41,023 bases of DNA from Eubacteriales bacterium. GTDB taxonomy: Bacteria > Bacillota > Clostridia > Oscillospirales > CAG-272. Each line of letters begins with the position of its first letter. Positions within the stretch are counted from its first letter, which is position 1. The stretch spans positions 1-41,023 of the forward strand of contig JAZQYE010000183.1 of assembly GCA_045633385.1 (NCBI GenBank). Reading direction: 5' to 3'. The position numbers and the translations under genes are program-made. Positions 1 to 7,710 of the stretch are shown piece after piece. Below the pieces are notes generated by a model. The model did not search any database, was not told where the DNA came from, and worked only from the letters and a program-made list of their open reading frames with translations.

Positions 1-207
1 GTGAATGATGAGCGGATTGTCGGAGGGGCGCCCCTTTGCGGCGTAGATCTTTTTTGCCGCCTCGTCGCGCGTAGCGTCACCGCCAAGTCCGTACACCGTC
101 TCGGTGGGAAAGACCACGAGTCCGCCCGCACGCAGGATCGAAGCGGCTTGATAAAGCTCTTCCTCCTGTGCTTGCAGATTATTTATTTTGATGTGCTGTG
201 TATGCAT
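1..207 (-). CDS. tsaC: L-threonylcarbamoyladenylate synthase (Sua5/YwlC/TsaC family), N-terminal 69 codons; the gene runs off the window start
   Basis: My own minus-strand translation from the ATG at 207 gives [79 protein letters not shown] and KGRPxDNPLIxH are the family signature. The frame is open to position 1. It is missing from the ORF track because it is truncated. Confidence 0.85.
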   Translation of the reverse strand, partial: MHTQHIKINNLQAQEEELYQAASILRAGGLVVFPTETVYGLGGDATRDEAAKKIYAAKGRPSDNPLIIH

Positions 208-213
208 GGGCGG

Positions 214-315
214 TTACCTTTTGTTTTTTGAGGTCAGCTCACGGATCAGGGTAATGGCAATTACTATGGTCACGATCAAGGCGGCTCCACAGCCTAATAC
301 GATTGTTGCATTCAT
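214..315 (-). CDS. 33-aa hydrophobic micro-protein (single predicted TM helix, basic tail)
   Basis: The ATG at 315 is preceded by AGGAGA 6 nt upstream. Translation is MNATIVLGCGAALIVTIVIAITLIRELTSKNKR*. It lies 6 nt upstream of the tsaC start on the same strand. It is below the ORF-track size cutoff. Confidence 0.4.
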   Translation of the reverse strand: MNATIVLGCGAALIVTIVIAITLIRELTSKNKR

Positions 316-399
316 AATGGTATCTCCTGTTCTTTACTCGTTATTTTTGTAGCGCTCAGCCGTTTCAACTGCGGTGATCGGTAATGCGGCCCTGAGGAT

Positions 400-729
400 T
401 TATCTCTCGCGCTCAAAGCTGAGATAACGCGTTCCTTGAAAGGTCAAGCGTCCCATGTCACCTTCAACAAGCAAGCCGAATTCGGTACCCGCAACGGAGA
501 GCTCCATTCTGTCACCACTTTCCACCTCAAAGGTTACGTAGTGGTACGTGTGGGTATGGTGATGATTGCCTGCACTGTGTGAATAATTCATGCGCTTTGC
601 AACCACCTTTGCGGGAACGGTCAGACGAGGGGAATTGTTGTTTTTGTGCCACGTGCCGATGATTTTAACAAAGGTTACAACAAAGACACCCATGACCAAC
701 AAAAACATCAAGGAGAATAATAGCTCCAT
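400..729 (-). CDS. DUF2500-like small membrane protein
   Basis: The track ORF is 400..741. I prefer the internal ATG at 729 because GGAGAT lies 5 nt upstream, whereas 741 is a TTG. It has an N-terminal TM helix followed by a His-rich soluble domain (HHHTHTYHYVTFEVESGDRMEL), which resembles DUF2500 from memory. Confidence 0.7.
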   Translation of the reverse strand: MELLFSLMFLLVMGVFVVTFVKIIGTWHKNNNSPRLTVPAKVVAKRMNYSHSAGNHHHTHTYHYVTFEVESGDRMELSVAGTEFGLLVEGDMGRLTFQGTRYLSFERER

Positions 730-750
730 ATTGATCTCCAATCACTACGA

Positions 751-1815
751 TTAACTTTGATTTTTTAGCCTTTCAGCCGTCTCAGCCGTGGCAAGGGCGT
801 CTATCATCTCTCCGATGTCGCCGTCCAAAAAGCGGTCGATGGAGTGAATGGTAAGACCTATGCGGTGATCGGTGATACGGCCCTGCGGATAGTTGTAGGT
901 GCGAATGCGCTCACTGCGATCTCCCGTGCCGACTTGACGGCGGCGGTCGGATGCAATGGCGTCTGCCTGCTCGCGTTGCTTTTGGTCGTACAGAATGGTA
1001 CGCAGCATACGCAAGGCTTTGTCTTTATTTTTAAATTGGCTTCGTTCCTCCTGACACTCCACCACAATTCCCGTGGGCTTGTGCGTCAGACGAACGGCGG
1101 ATTCGGTCTTGTTGATGTGCTGACCGCCCGCGCCGCTGGATTTGCAGGATTCAAAAATGAGATCGGCGGGGTTGATCTCAATCGATACCTCCTCTGCCTC
1201 GGGGAGCACCGCTACGGTTGCCGTAGAGGTTTGAATGCGCCCCTGCGATTCGGTTTCGGGTACGCGCTGTACACGGTGTACGCCGCTTTCATACTTAAAG
1301 CGGGAGTACGCGCCGTCGCCCTCGATCTGAAAAGCGAGCTGACGGTAGCCGCCAAGCTCGGTGGGGTTTTCGTTGAGCAAGGAGCACCGAAAGCCTGCCG
1401 ACGTGGCATACATGGTGTACATACGGTAAAGGACTGCGGCAAACAGCGCCGCCTCCTCGCCACCCGCTCCCGCGCGGATCTCCACCATAACGTTCTTTTC
1501 GTCGTTGGGGTCGCGCGGCAGTAGCATAACGGTCAATTCGTCATGCAGGCGAGCTACCTCGTCCTTGGCATCCTTTAATTCCTCGGATGCCAAGGCGCGT
1601 AGGTCGTCGTCATTCTCCTCCATCAACAGGAGTGCTTCGTCAATGCGAGCTTGTGCATTTTTTAAAGCGCGGTACTTTTCGATGATGGGGGTAAGAGATT
1701 TGTATTCCTTTGAGATCTGCGCGCAACGCGTCGGATCGGACGCTACGGCAGGATCCGAGAGAGAAGCCTCCAGATTGAGGTACTTTTCTTCGGCTTGTTG
1801 CAGTTTTTGAAGCAT
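751..1815 (-). CDS. prfA: Peptide chain release factor 1
   Basis: It carries the GGQ motif (SGAGGQHINKTESAVRLTHKPTG) and an RF1-type PxT tripeptide (RVPETESQGRIQTS). The start is set at MLQKLQQ (ATG 1815), which has GGAG upstream. The track ORF extends to 1833. Confidence 0.95.
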   Translation of the reverse strand: MLQKLQQAEEKYLNLEASLSDPAVASDPTRCAQISKEYKSLTPIIEKYRALKNAQARIDEALLLMEENDDDLRALASEELKDAKDEVARLHDELTVMLLPRDPNDEKNVMVEIRAGAGGEEAALFAAVLYRMYTMYATSAGFRCSLLNENPTELGGYRQLAFQIEGDGAYSRFKYESGVHRVQRVPETESQGRIQTSTATVAVLPEAEEVSIEINPADLIFESCKSSGAGGQHINKTESAVRLTHKPTGIVVECQEERSQFKNKDKALRMLRTILYDQKQREQADAIASDRRRQVGTGDRSERIRTYNYPQGRITDHRIGLTIHSIDRFLDGDIGEMIDALATAETAERLKNQS

Positions 1816-1878
1816 GGGAGGCTCCTTTCTCAAAAAATGGGATAGACGGGTGTGAAAATGAAATTCGGGTCGATTTGA

Positions 1879-3255
1879 TCAGAACTGATAGAATGCCTTG
1901 AATGCGCGGTAAGCTTCGTAAAGGTCAACCTTTGCAATCAGCTCATAGGGTGCGTGCATGGAGAGGACGCCGACACCGATATCAATGGTATCGATGTTGT
2001 GGTTTGCCATGTACTTGGCAACGGTTCCGCCGCCTCCGACGTCGGTCTTACCAAGCTCGCAGATCTGCCATACCACGCCTGCCTCGTTCAGGCAACGGCG
2101 CATCCAGCCTACCATCTCGGCACTGGCATCGGACGTACCGCCCTTGCCGCCGCTTCCGGTGTACTTGCAAACGCTGACACCACAACCAATGAGCGAGGAA
2201 TTGCGGTGCTCGTATACGTCGGCGTAGTTGGGGTCAAAGGTTGCGGTCACGTCACTGGAGAAGCACTTGGAATTGGCGCGAACAGCCGCCTCGTTGCCAC
2301 CCAAAGCCTTGGAGATTTCGGTAATGATATCGGTGATCAGACTACTTTGCATACCGGTTACGCCGTCGCTTCCGGTTTCTTCCTTATCGACCAAAAGGCA
2401 CATTGCGGTGTGTGCGGTATCGGTGCTGTCGATCAGCGCGGTGAGGGAAGGATAAGCGCATACGCGGTCATCGTGTCCGTAACCGCAGATCATCGAGCGG
2501 TCAAAGCCAACGTCGCGTGCGCGTGCCGCAGGAACGATCGAAAGCTCCGCAGAGAGGAAATCATCCTCGGTAATGCCGTATTTTTCGTTGAGGAATTGGA
2601 GCACGCCTGCTTTAACGGCATCCTTGTCCTCGCCGTCTACGGGGCGACTGCCAACAAGGATGTTGAGCTTTTCAGCGGAGAACACGTCGCCCAGTGCTTT
2701 GCCTGCTTGCGCACGTGCCAGGTGGGGGAGCAGGTCGGTAATATACATTACGGGGTCGCTGTCATCCTCACCAACCACCACGTTAACGGTGGTGCCGTCC
2801 TGCTTGATAACTACGCCGTGCAGTGCGAGAGGCATTGCCAGCCATTGATATTTGCGAACGCCGCCGTAATAGTGCGTCTTCAAAAATGCCATACCGTTAT
2901 CCTCGTAAAGCGGAACGGGCTTGAGATCGAGACGAGGGGAGTCAAGGTGCGCCGCGGTGATACGAATACCGTTGTTGATCGGCTCGGTACCGATGCGGAA
3001 CAAAAAGACGTTTTTGCCGCGGTTGTTGTAATAGAGCTTGTCGCCTGCCTGAATGGGATCGCCAAAATTCCAAATGCGGTAACCTGCCGCCTCGGCAATG
3101 CGAATGCTTTCTGCTACTGCTTCACGTTCAGTCTTGGAAGCATCCAAAAATTTAACGTAGTTTTTTGCATACTCGTATGCTTCGTTTACAACGGCAGCTC
3201 CTGCCTTTTCGTAAACGGTCTTTTTTTCGTAGCTCAAATTTTCTTTCTCGGACAT
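1879..3255 (-). CDS. M18-family aminopeptidase
   Basis: The product is 458 aa with motifs AHLDSPRLDLKP, DKEETGS and SMHAP typical of M18/M42 metallo-aminopeptidases. AAAGGAGAA lies upstream of the ATG at 3255. Confidence 0.85.
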   Translation of the reverse strand: MSEKENLSYEKKTVYEKAGAAVVNEAYEYAKNYVKFLDASKTEREAVAESIRIAEAAGYRIWNFGDPIQAGDKLYYNNRGKNVFLFRIGTEPINNGIRITAAHLDSPRLDLKPVPLYEDNGMAFLKTHYYGGVRKYQWLAMPLALHGVVIKQDGTTVNVVVGEDDSDPVMYITDLLPHLARAQAGKALGDVFSAEKLNILVGSRPVDGEDKDAVKAGVLQFLNEKYGITEDDFLSAELSIVPAARARDVGFDRSMICGYGHDDRVCAYPSLTALIDSTDTAHTAMCLLVDKEETGSDGVTGMQSSLITDIITEISKALGGNEAAVRANSKCFSSDVTATFDPNYADVYEHRNSSLIGCGVSVCKYTGSGGKGGTSDASAEMVGWMRRCLNEAGVVWQICELGKTDVGGGGTVAKYMANHNIDTIDIGVGVLSMHAPYELIAKVDLYEAYRAFKAFYQF

Positions 3256-3309
3256 GTTCGTTTCTCCTTTATTTGTGTGAAATTTGTGTGAAATTAAACG
3301 TTTCGGGTG

Positions 3310-3885
3310 TTAAAAATACAGCCGCGTGTACAGCTCGTGTGCGTGTAAAACGTCTTTGACAAAACGGGCGGCATCGGCATCGGGAATGGTCTTGAGCGTG
3401 CCGAGCTCACTCATATAAGCAGGGTCTTGCATCCAACCGTCAACTACGTCCGCGCCTGCATAATAGGCGGCAAAAACGGTCTCCCACACGCCGTAGCGTT
3501 GGTAGAGGTAGGAGAGGTACGCCGTACCGCATTGCAGATTTTTTTGTGGGTCGTACAGTCTTCCGGCATCGTCGGCGTTTTCACCGAGGATATCGGTCTG
3601 TATCATCGAAAATTGCGTGGGGGTCAGCTGCATCAAGCCGATGCCGCCGTTTGCTCCCTCGTAATTGCTTGCAAAATTACTTCCCGTGCGCACGGTCGCC
3701 CAAACGATGGCTTCGGGCACGCCGTAAGCCTTGGCTTGTGTGCGAATATCGTCGGCATAACGCTCGTGCAGGGGATAACGGTTTCGCTCGGTTGCGGTTG
3801 CAATACCGTCAAAGGCAAAGCCAAAACCGACGGAGAGCGCAAGAATGAGTACAATGATCAGCACACTGCGCAGATTGAACCTCAA
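3310..3885 (-). CDS. SLT-domain (lytic transglycosylase-like) protein with N-terminal membrane anchor
   Basis: An N-terminal TM helix is followed by GIGLMQLTP and AAYYAG (SLT motifs II and III). It has a TTG start that overlaps the coaE stop by 4 nt. The motif I Glu appears to be replaced (see findings). Confidence 0.8.
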   Translation of the reverse strand: MRFNLRSVLIIVLILALSVGFGFAFDGIATATERNRYPLHERYADDIRTQAKAYGVPEAIVWATVRTGSNFASNYEGANGGIGLMQLTPTQFSMIQTDILGENADDAGRLYDPQKNLQCGTAYLSYLYQRYGVWETVFAAYYAGADVVDGWMQDPAYMSELGTLKTIPDADAARFVKDVLHAHELYTRLYF

Positions 3886-4484
3886 GAGGAGATCACCCCC
3901 GTGTCAAGCAGAATGTGATAGACCTGTTGCGGCAACGAATCGATCGAGCCGTTGTTTTCGATCACGTAATCGGAGTGCGTTTTAAAATAGTCGTCACTCT
4001 TTTGCGCAAGAATGCGGCGCATGGCGTCCTCTTTCGAAATGCCGTCACGCTCGATGATGCGCTCCAGACGTACGGCGCGGTCGGCAAGCACCGAGACCAC
4101 CGCACCGCAAGCGCGATGCGCGCCTGCTTCAAAGAGCTGTGGCGCGTCGAATACGGCGGCTGTGATACCGCGGCGGCGCAGTTGCTCCATTTGGCGTTGG
4201 GTCTCCTCCATAACGTAGCGGTGTGTAATGGCGTTCAGCTGTTCCAATGCCGCAGGATTTGAAAATACGATCTCGCCGAGTGCACGGCGGTTCAAATTTC
4301 CGTCGGGGAGCAAGATCTCCTTGCCGAATTGCTGTGTCAGCTCCTGCAAGCAGGAGGAGGGGGGAACGAGGAGCTGATGATAGACCTCGTCGGCGTTGAT
4401 AACGGGGAGTCCGTACGCGGCAAAGAGTTTGGCGACCTCACCCTTTCCGGCACCCGTAGGGCCTGTCAAACCGATTACGAGCAT
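3882..4484 (-). CDS. coaE: Dephospho-CoA kinase
   Basis: MLVIGLTGPTGAGKGEV is a P-loop at the extreme N-terminus. The 200-aa length is typical of CoaE. Confidence 0.9.
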   Translation of the reverse strand: MLVIGLTGPTGAGKGEVAKLFAAYGLPVINADEVYHQLLVPPSSCLQELTQQFGKEILLPDGNLNRRALGEIVFSNPAALEQLNAITHRYVMEETQRQMEQLRRRGITAAVFDAPQLFEAGAHRACGAVVSVLADRAVRLERIIERDGISKEDAMRRILAQKSDDYFKTHSDYVIENNGSIDSLPQQVYHILLDTGVISS

Positions 4485-5629
4485 GGCGGTACCTCCGTTC
4501 TTACGCCGCTCGCAAGATCAGAGGCGTACGCCGCCTCCATCACGCGCTGAACGTAAAGTCCCTCTTGGATACCCGGTGCAAACGACGTTTTGCTTGCTGC
4601 CGCCGAAAGAAAGGCGTGCATGCTTGCAAGGTGCCCGTACAGCCAGCCTGCGGGAGCCTTGACCGAGGGGAAGATGAGGTCGGGATAGCGACCGATGCAT
4701 TCGATTCGCGTAAAGCCGCGCATACCGCCCACGGGGGCATCTGCGGCGGTGTTGTCATAAAAGTAAAGCCAATTGGGCTCCATCAAAGAGAATTTCAAAG
4801 CGCCCTTTTCACCCCAGATTTCAAAAGAGAGATCGTCATTGGCGCCCGGTTGCAGCTTGCCAACGGCAACGGTACCGCAAGCACCGCCCTGCGTTTTTCC
4901 AAGCAGGTAAAAGCCCTCGTCGGCGTTTGTCTGCCAAGATTCTCCGTTGCGACCGAGGCGAACGGGGTAGGCGATCTGACTCATGCCGCTGACCTCTGTG
5001 AGTTGGCCGCACAAAAAGCCCAACAGGTCGATAACGTGTGAGCCGAGATCAAAGAGTACGCCACCGCCGCACACGGTGCGATCCTGCTTCCAGCCCGCCC
5101 GACGGTTGGGGTCGGTTGCACTGCTGTGCAGGTATTTGCCCTCAAAGCTTAAAATTCTGCCAAGCCGTCCCTCGTCGATCAACTGCTTTGCGCGCAGAAC
5201 GGGGGTGAGCCAGCGATTGTTGAATACCATGCCAACCACCTGTCCCTCTTTTTTGGGGAGCGCCGCGATCTCTTCCGCTTCGGCTACGCTGATGCAAAGC
5301 GGCTTTTCACACAGTACGTGCTTGCCTGCGGCAATGGCTTTTTTCAAGGTTTTGAAGTGAAGCGTGTTCGGCGTGCAAATGTCGATCACGTCGATATCGG
5401 GGTCATTGATCAGCACGTCCTCGTCGGTCGTGGCGATCGGAATTTGAAATTCACCCGCAATGCGCTCGCTTTTTTCCTGCGAGGTAGTGCAAACACCTGC
5501 AACGCGTGCGCAAAAGGGGAGAGAGCCGTAAAAGAAGGGGAGATTTTGTACCGCCCATGTATGCGTTCTTCCCATAGAGCCAAAGCCCAGCATTCCAATG
5601 CGAAGCGTTTTTTGTTCATTTCGATCCAT
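4475..5629 (-). CDS. Gfo/Idh/MocA family NAD(P)-dependent oxidoreductase
   Basis: It has an N-terminal Rossmann motif (LRIGMLGFGSMGRTH), the EKPL motif (VLCEKPLC) and is 384 aa. GGAAAGGAAG lies upstream of the ATG. Confidence 0.85.
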   Translation of the reverse strand: MDRNEQKTLRIGMLGFGSMGRTHTWAVQNLPFFYGSLPFCARVAGVCTTSQEKSERIAGEFQIPIATTDEDVLINDPDIDVIDICTPNTLHFKTLKKAIAAGKHVLCEKPLCISVAEAEEIAALPKKEGQVVGMVFNNRWLTPVLRAKQLIDEGRLGRILSFEGKYLHSSATDPNRRAGWKQDRTVCGGGVLFDLGSHVIDLLGFLCGQLTEVSGMSQIAYPVRLGRNGESWQTNADEGFYLLGKTQGGACGTVAVGKLQPGANDDLSFEIWGEKGALKFSLMEPNWLYFYDNTAADAPVGGMRGFTRIECIGRYPDLIFPSVKAPAGWLYGHLASMHAFLSAAASKTSFAPGIQEGLYVQRVMEAAYASDLASGVRTEVPPCS

Positions 5630-5784
5630 GTCGGTCTTCCTTTCCTTGTGTCAACGTTTCGGCGCGCAAGTCTCTTACACACCTATTCATCTTATTATAC
5701 CGCATTTTTTTGATTTTTGCAATAGGAAAAACACTTTTATTTGTAAATTCCTTGCGATAAAATCGTTTTTTCGTTGCTTTGATA

Positions 5785-5813
5785 TTGCAATTTTGTGCAA
5801 AAACGAGTATAAT
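5785..5813 (+). promoter_or_regulatory. Candidate sigma-A promoter for murB (TTGCAA-17-TATAAT)
   Basis: TTGCAA is at 5785-5790 and TATAAT at 5808-5813 with a 17-nt spacer. The promoter sits 33 nt upstream of the murB ATG, in an AT-rich divergent intergenic region. Confidence 0.5.
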
Positions 5814-5845
5814 ATAAGTGAGTTCGTTACAAAGGAGAATTTCGC

Positions 5846-6742
5846 ATGGAGCATTTGCCGCCGCTTTTGGAAAACATGGGAGTGGAATGGGAGACCGATT
5901 GTCCGCTTTCTTTGCATAGCACCTTTCATATCGGCGGAGGCGCAGATCTTGCGTTTTTTCCGAAATCGAGAGAGGAGCTGTGCGCGGTCTTGCGCTTTTT
6001 GAAGGAGCGCGAGATTCAAACCGCCGTTATTGGCAACGGCAGTAACGTGGTGTTTGCCGACGAGGGGTACCGCGGCGCCGTGGTCTTTACGGGGCGATGC
6101 CGCAACGTACGTATTGAAGGGGAGACGCTCTTTGCCGATGCGGGTGCGCCTCTTTCCGCCGTATCGAATGCGGCGCGTGATGCCTCGTTGACGGGCTTGG
6201 AGTTTGCCTTTGGCATTCCGGGAACGCTTGGTGGTGCTATCGTAATGAACGGCGGCGCGTATGGCGGAAGCATGGATCTGGTCTGCGCCCTGACCGAGGC
6301 TTACGATGCACGTACCAACGAAATTCGTGTGTTTGAGGGGGCAGAGCAAGGCTTTGGCTATCGTGCAAGTCGCTTTCAGACCGATGCGAATCTCACCGTT
6401 TTGGGGGCGACGCTTCGTTTGCAAAGTGGCAATCGTCGGCAGATCTCGCAGACCATGCGTGAGTATTGGGATCGTCGCCGCACCTCTCAGCCCTTGGAGC
6501 TTCCCAGCGCAGGTAGCGTATTCAAGCGTCCCGAGGGGTATTTTGCAGGCAAGCTGATCGAGGATTGCGGCTTAAAGGGCTTGACGGTGGGCGGAGCGCA
6601 GGTCTCCTCCAAGCACGCAGGCTTTATCGTCAATCTCGGCGGCGCGACCTGCGTGGACGTCAAGCGATTGGTCGAACGGATACAAGAGACGGTCTTGCGC
6701 ACTTACGGTGTGATGCTGGAGTGCGAGATCAAATTTATATAA
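5846..6742 (+). CDS. murB: UDP-N-acetylenolpyruvoylglucosamine reductase
   Basis: Motifs FHIGGGADL, IGNGSNVVF and PSAGSVFKRP are present and the product is 298 aa. AAAGGAG lies upstream of the ATG. Confidence 0.93.
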   Translation: MEHLPPLLENMGVEWETDCPLSLHSTFHIGGGADLAFFPKSREELCAVLRFLKEREIQTAVIGNGSNVVFADEGYRGAVVFTGRCRNVRIEGETLFADAGAPLSAVSNAARDASLTGLEFAFGIPGTLGGAIVMNGGAYGGSMDLVCALTEAYDARTNEIRVFEGAEQGFGYRASRFQTDANLTVLGATLRLQSGNRRQISQTMREYWDRRRTSQPLELPSAGSVFKRPEGYFAGKLIEDCGLKGLTVGGAQVSSKHAGFIVNLGGATCVDVKRLVERIQETVLRTYGVMLECEIKFI

Positions 6743-6790
6743 ATCGTTATTTGTTATCTTAAAACGCGGAACGAAAGGAGGAGAACGCAG

Positions 6791-7687
6791 ATGTCATTTG
6801 CCGAGGAGGTATGTCGGGAGCTGTTGGAGCTGCCCGTGAAAAAGAATTGCTGTCGCCGCGCCGTGTCGGCAGGGCTTTTGAGCGTTGGCATGCGGGAGTC
6901 TGCAAGCACCGTCTCGCTCTCCTTTTCCCGTGAAGGCGTTGCAACGGCGGCAAAGGAACTGTTGGAAAAGACCTACGCCAAGCAGGCTGAATTGTCGGTG
7001 GTAGGATACCACGGACACCGTCGTTGGAGCTTGTGTCTTGCCTCTCCTGCGGCGGCAAAGCTGGTAACGCAATTGGAGAGTGCCGAGACCGACGTTGACG
7101 CGCTGTTGCATTTATCCGATTGCGAGGGCTGTCGCTCCGCATTTTTACGTGGATTGTTTTTTGCCTGCGGAACGGTCAACGATCCGCAAAAATCCTCGCA
7201 TCTGGAGTTTTTGTTTTCCAAGGAGGGCGTCATGCGACACGCAGAGCACTTTTTGAGTGACCTCGGCTACGAGCCCAAGCGCATCGTGCGTCCCTTGGGA
7301 ACGGGGCTGTACTACAAGGATGCGGGATCGGTGGGGGATCTGATCACCCTGATGGGCTCGCACAACATTATTTTCGAGTTTTACAATGCGCGTATCGCGC
7401 GTGACATTCGCAACAACGAGAATCGCGCCACCAACTGCGTAGCAAGAAATATTCAAAAATCGGTTGCCGCCGCGGCGCGGCAAATGGAAGCCATTGGCAA
7501 GCTGATGGAAAGCGGCAAATTGGAGGCGCTCCCCGAGGAGCTTCGAAACACCGCCATGCTGCGCTATCGCAACCCCGACGCTACGCTGGACGAGCTGAGG
7601 GAGCTGCATCACCCCACCATTTCCAAATCGGGACTTTCACACCGCCTGCAAAAGCTGCTGGATGCGGCAGAGCAGGAGCATCTTTAA
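6791..7687 (+). CDS. whiA: DNA-binding protein WhiA
   Basis: The 298-aa product has a degenerate LAGLIDADG-like core (FLRGLFFACGTV) and a C-terminal HTH (TLDELRELHHPTISKSGLSHRLQKL). Confidence 0.9.
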   Translation: MSFAEEVCRELLELPVKKNCCRRAVSAGLLSVGMRESASTVSLSFSREGVATAAKELLEKTYAKQAELSVVGYHGHRRWSLCLASPAAAKLVTQLESAETDVDALLHLSDCEGCRSAFLRGLFFACGTVNDPQKSSHLEFLFSKEGVMRHAEHFLSDLGYEPKRIVRPLGTGLYYKDAGSVGDLITLMGSHNIIFEFYNARIARDIRNNENRATNCVARNIQKSVAAAARQMEAIGKLMESGKLEALPEELRNTAMLRYRNPDATLDELRELHHPTISKSGLSHRLQKLLDAAEQEHL

Positions 7688-7710
7688 AACGACGGGAGGG
7701 AGACTTAGCC

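Noticed and set aside
1-231. 76-aa plus-strand ORF at the window start
   Set aside because: The opposite strand encodes a perfect Sua5/YwlC/TsaC N-terminus ([22 protein letters not shown]). The plus-strand frame has a GTG start at the window edge and no recognisable features.
1954-3291. 445-aa plus-strand ORF, with nested ORFs at 1902-2177, 1958-2227, 2228-2455 and 2573-2848
   Set aside because: It is antisense to the M18 aminopeptidase, which has clear family motifs. No recognisable domain is present and the codon composition mirrors the real gene.
5687-6424. 245-aa minus-strand ORF and the 5598-6002 plus-strand ORF spanning the murB promoter region
   Set aside because: They overlap murB antisense or run through the AT-rich divergent promoter region. 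The translations are basic and low-complexity, with no RBS.
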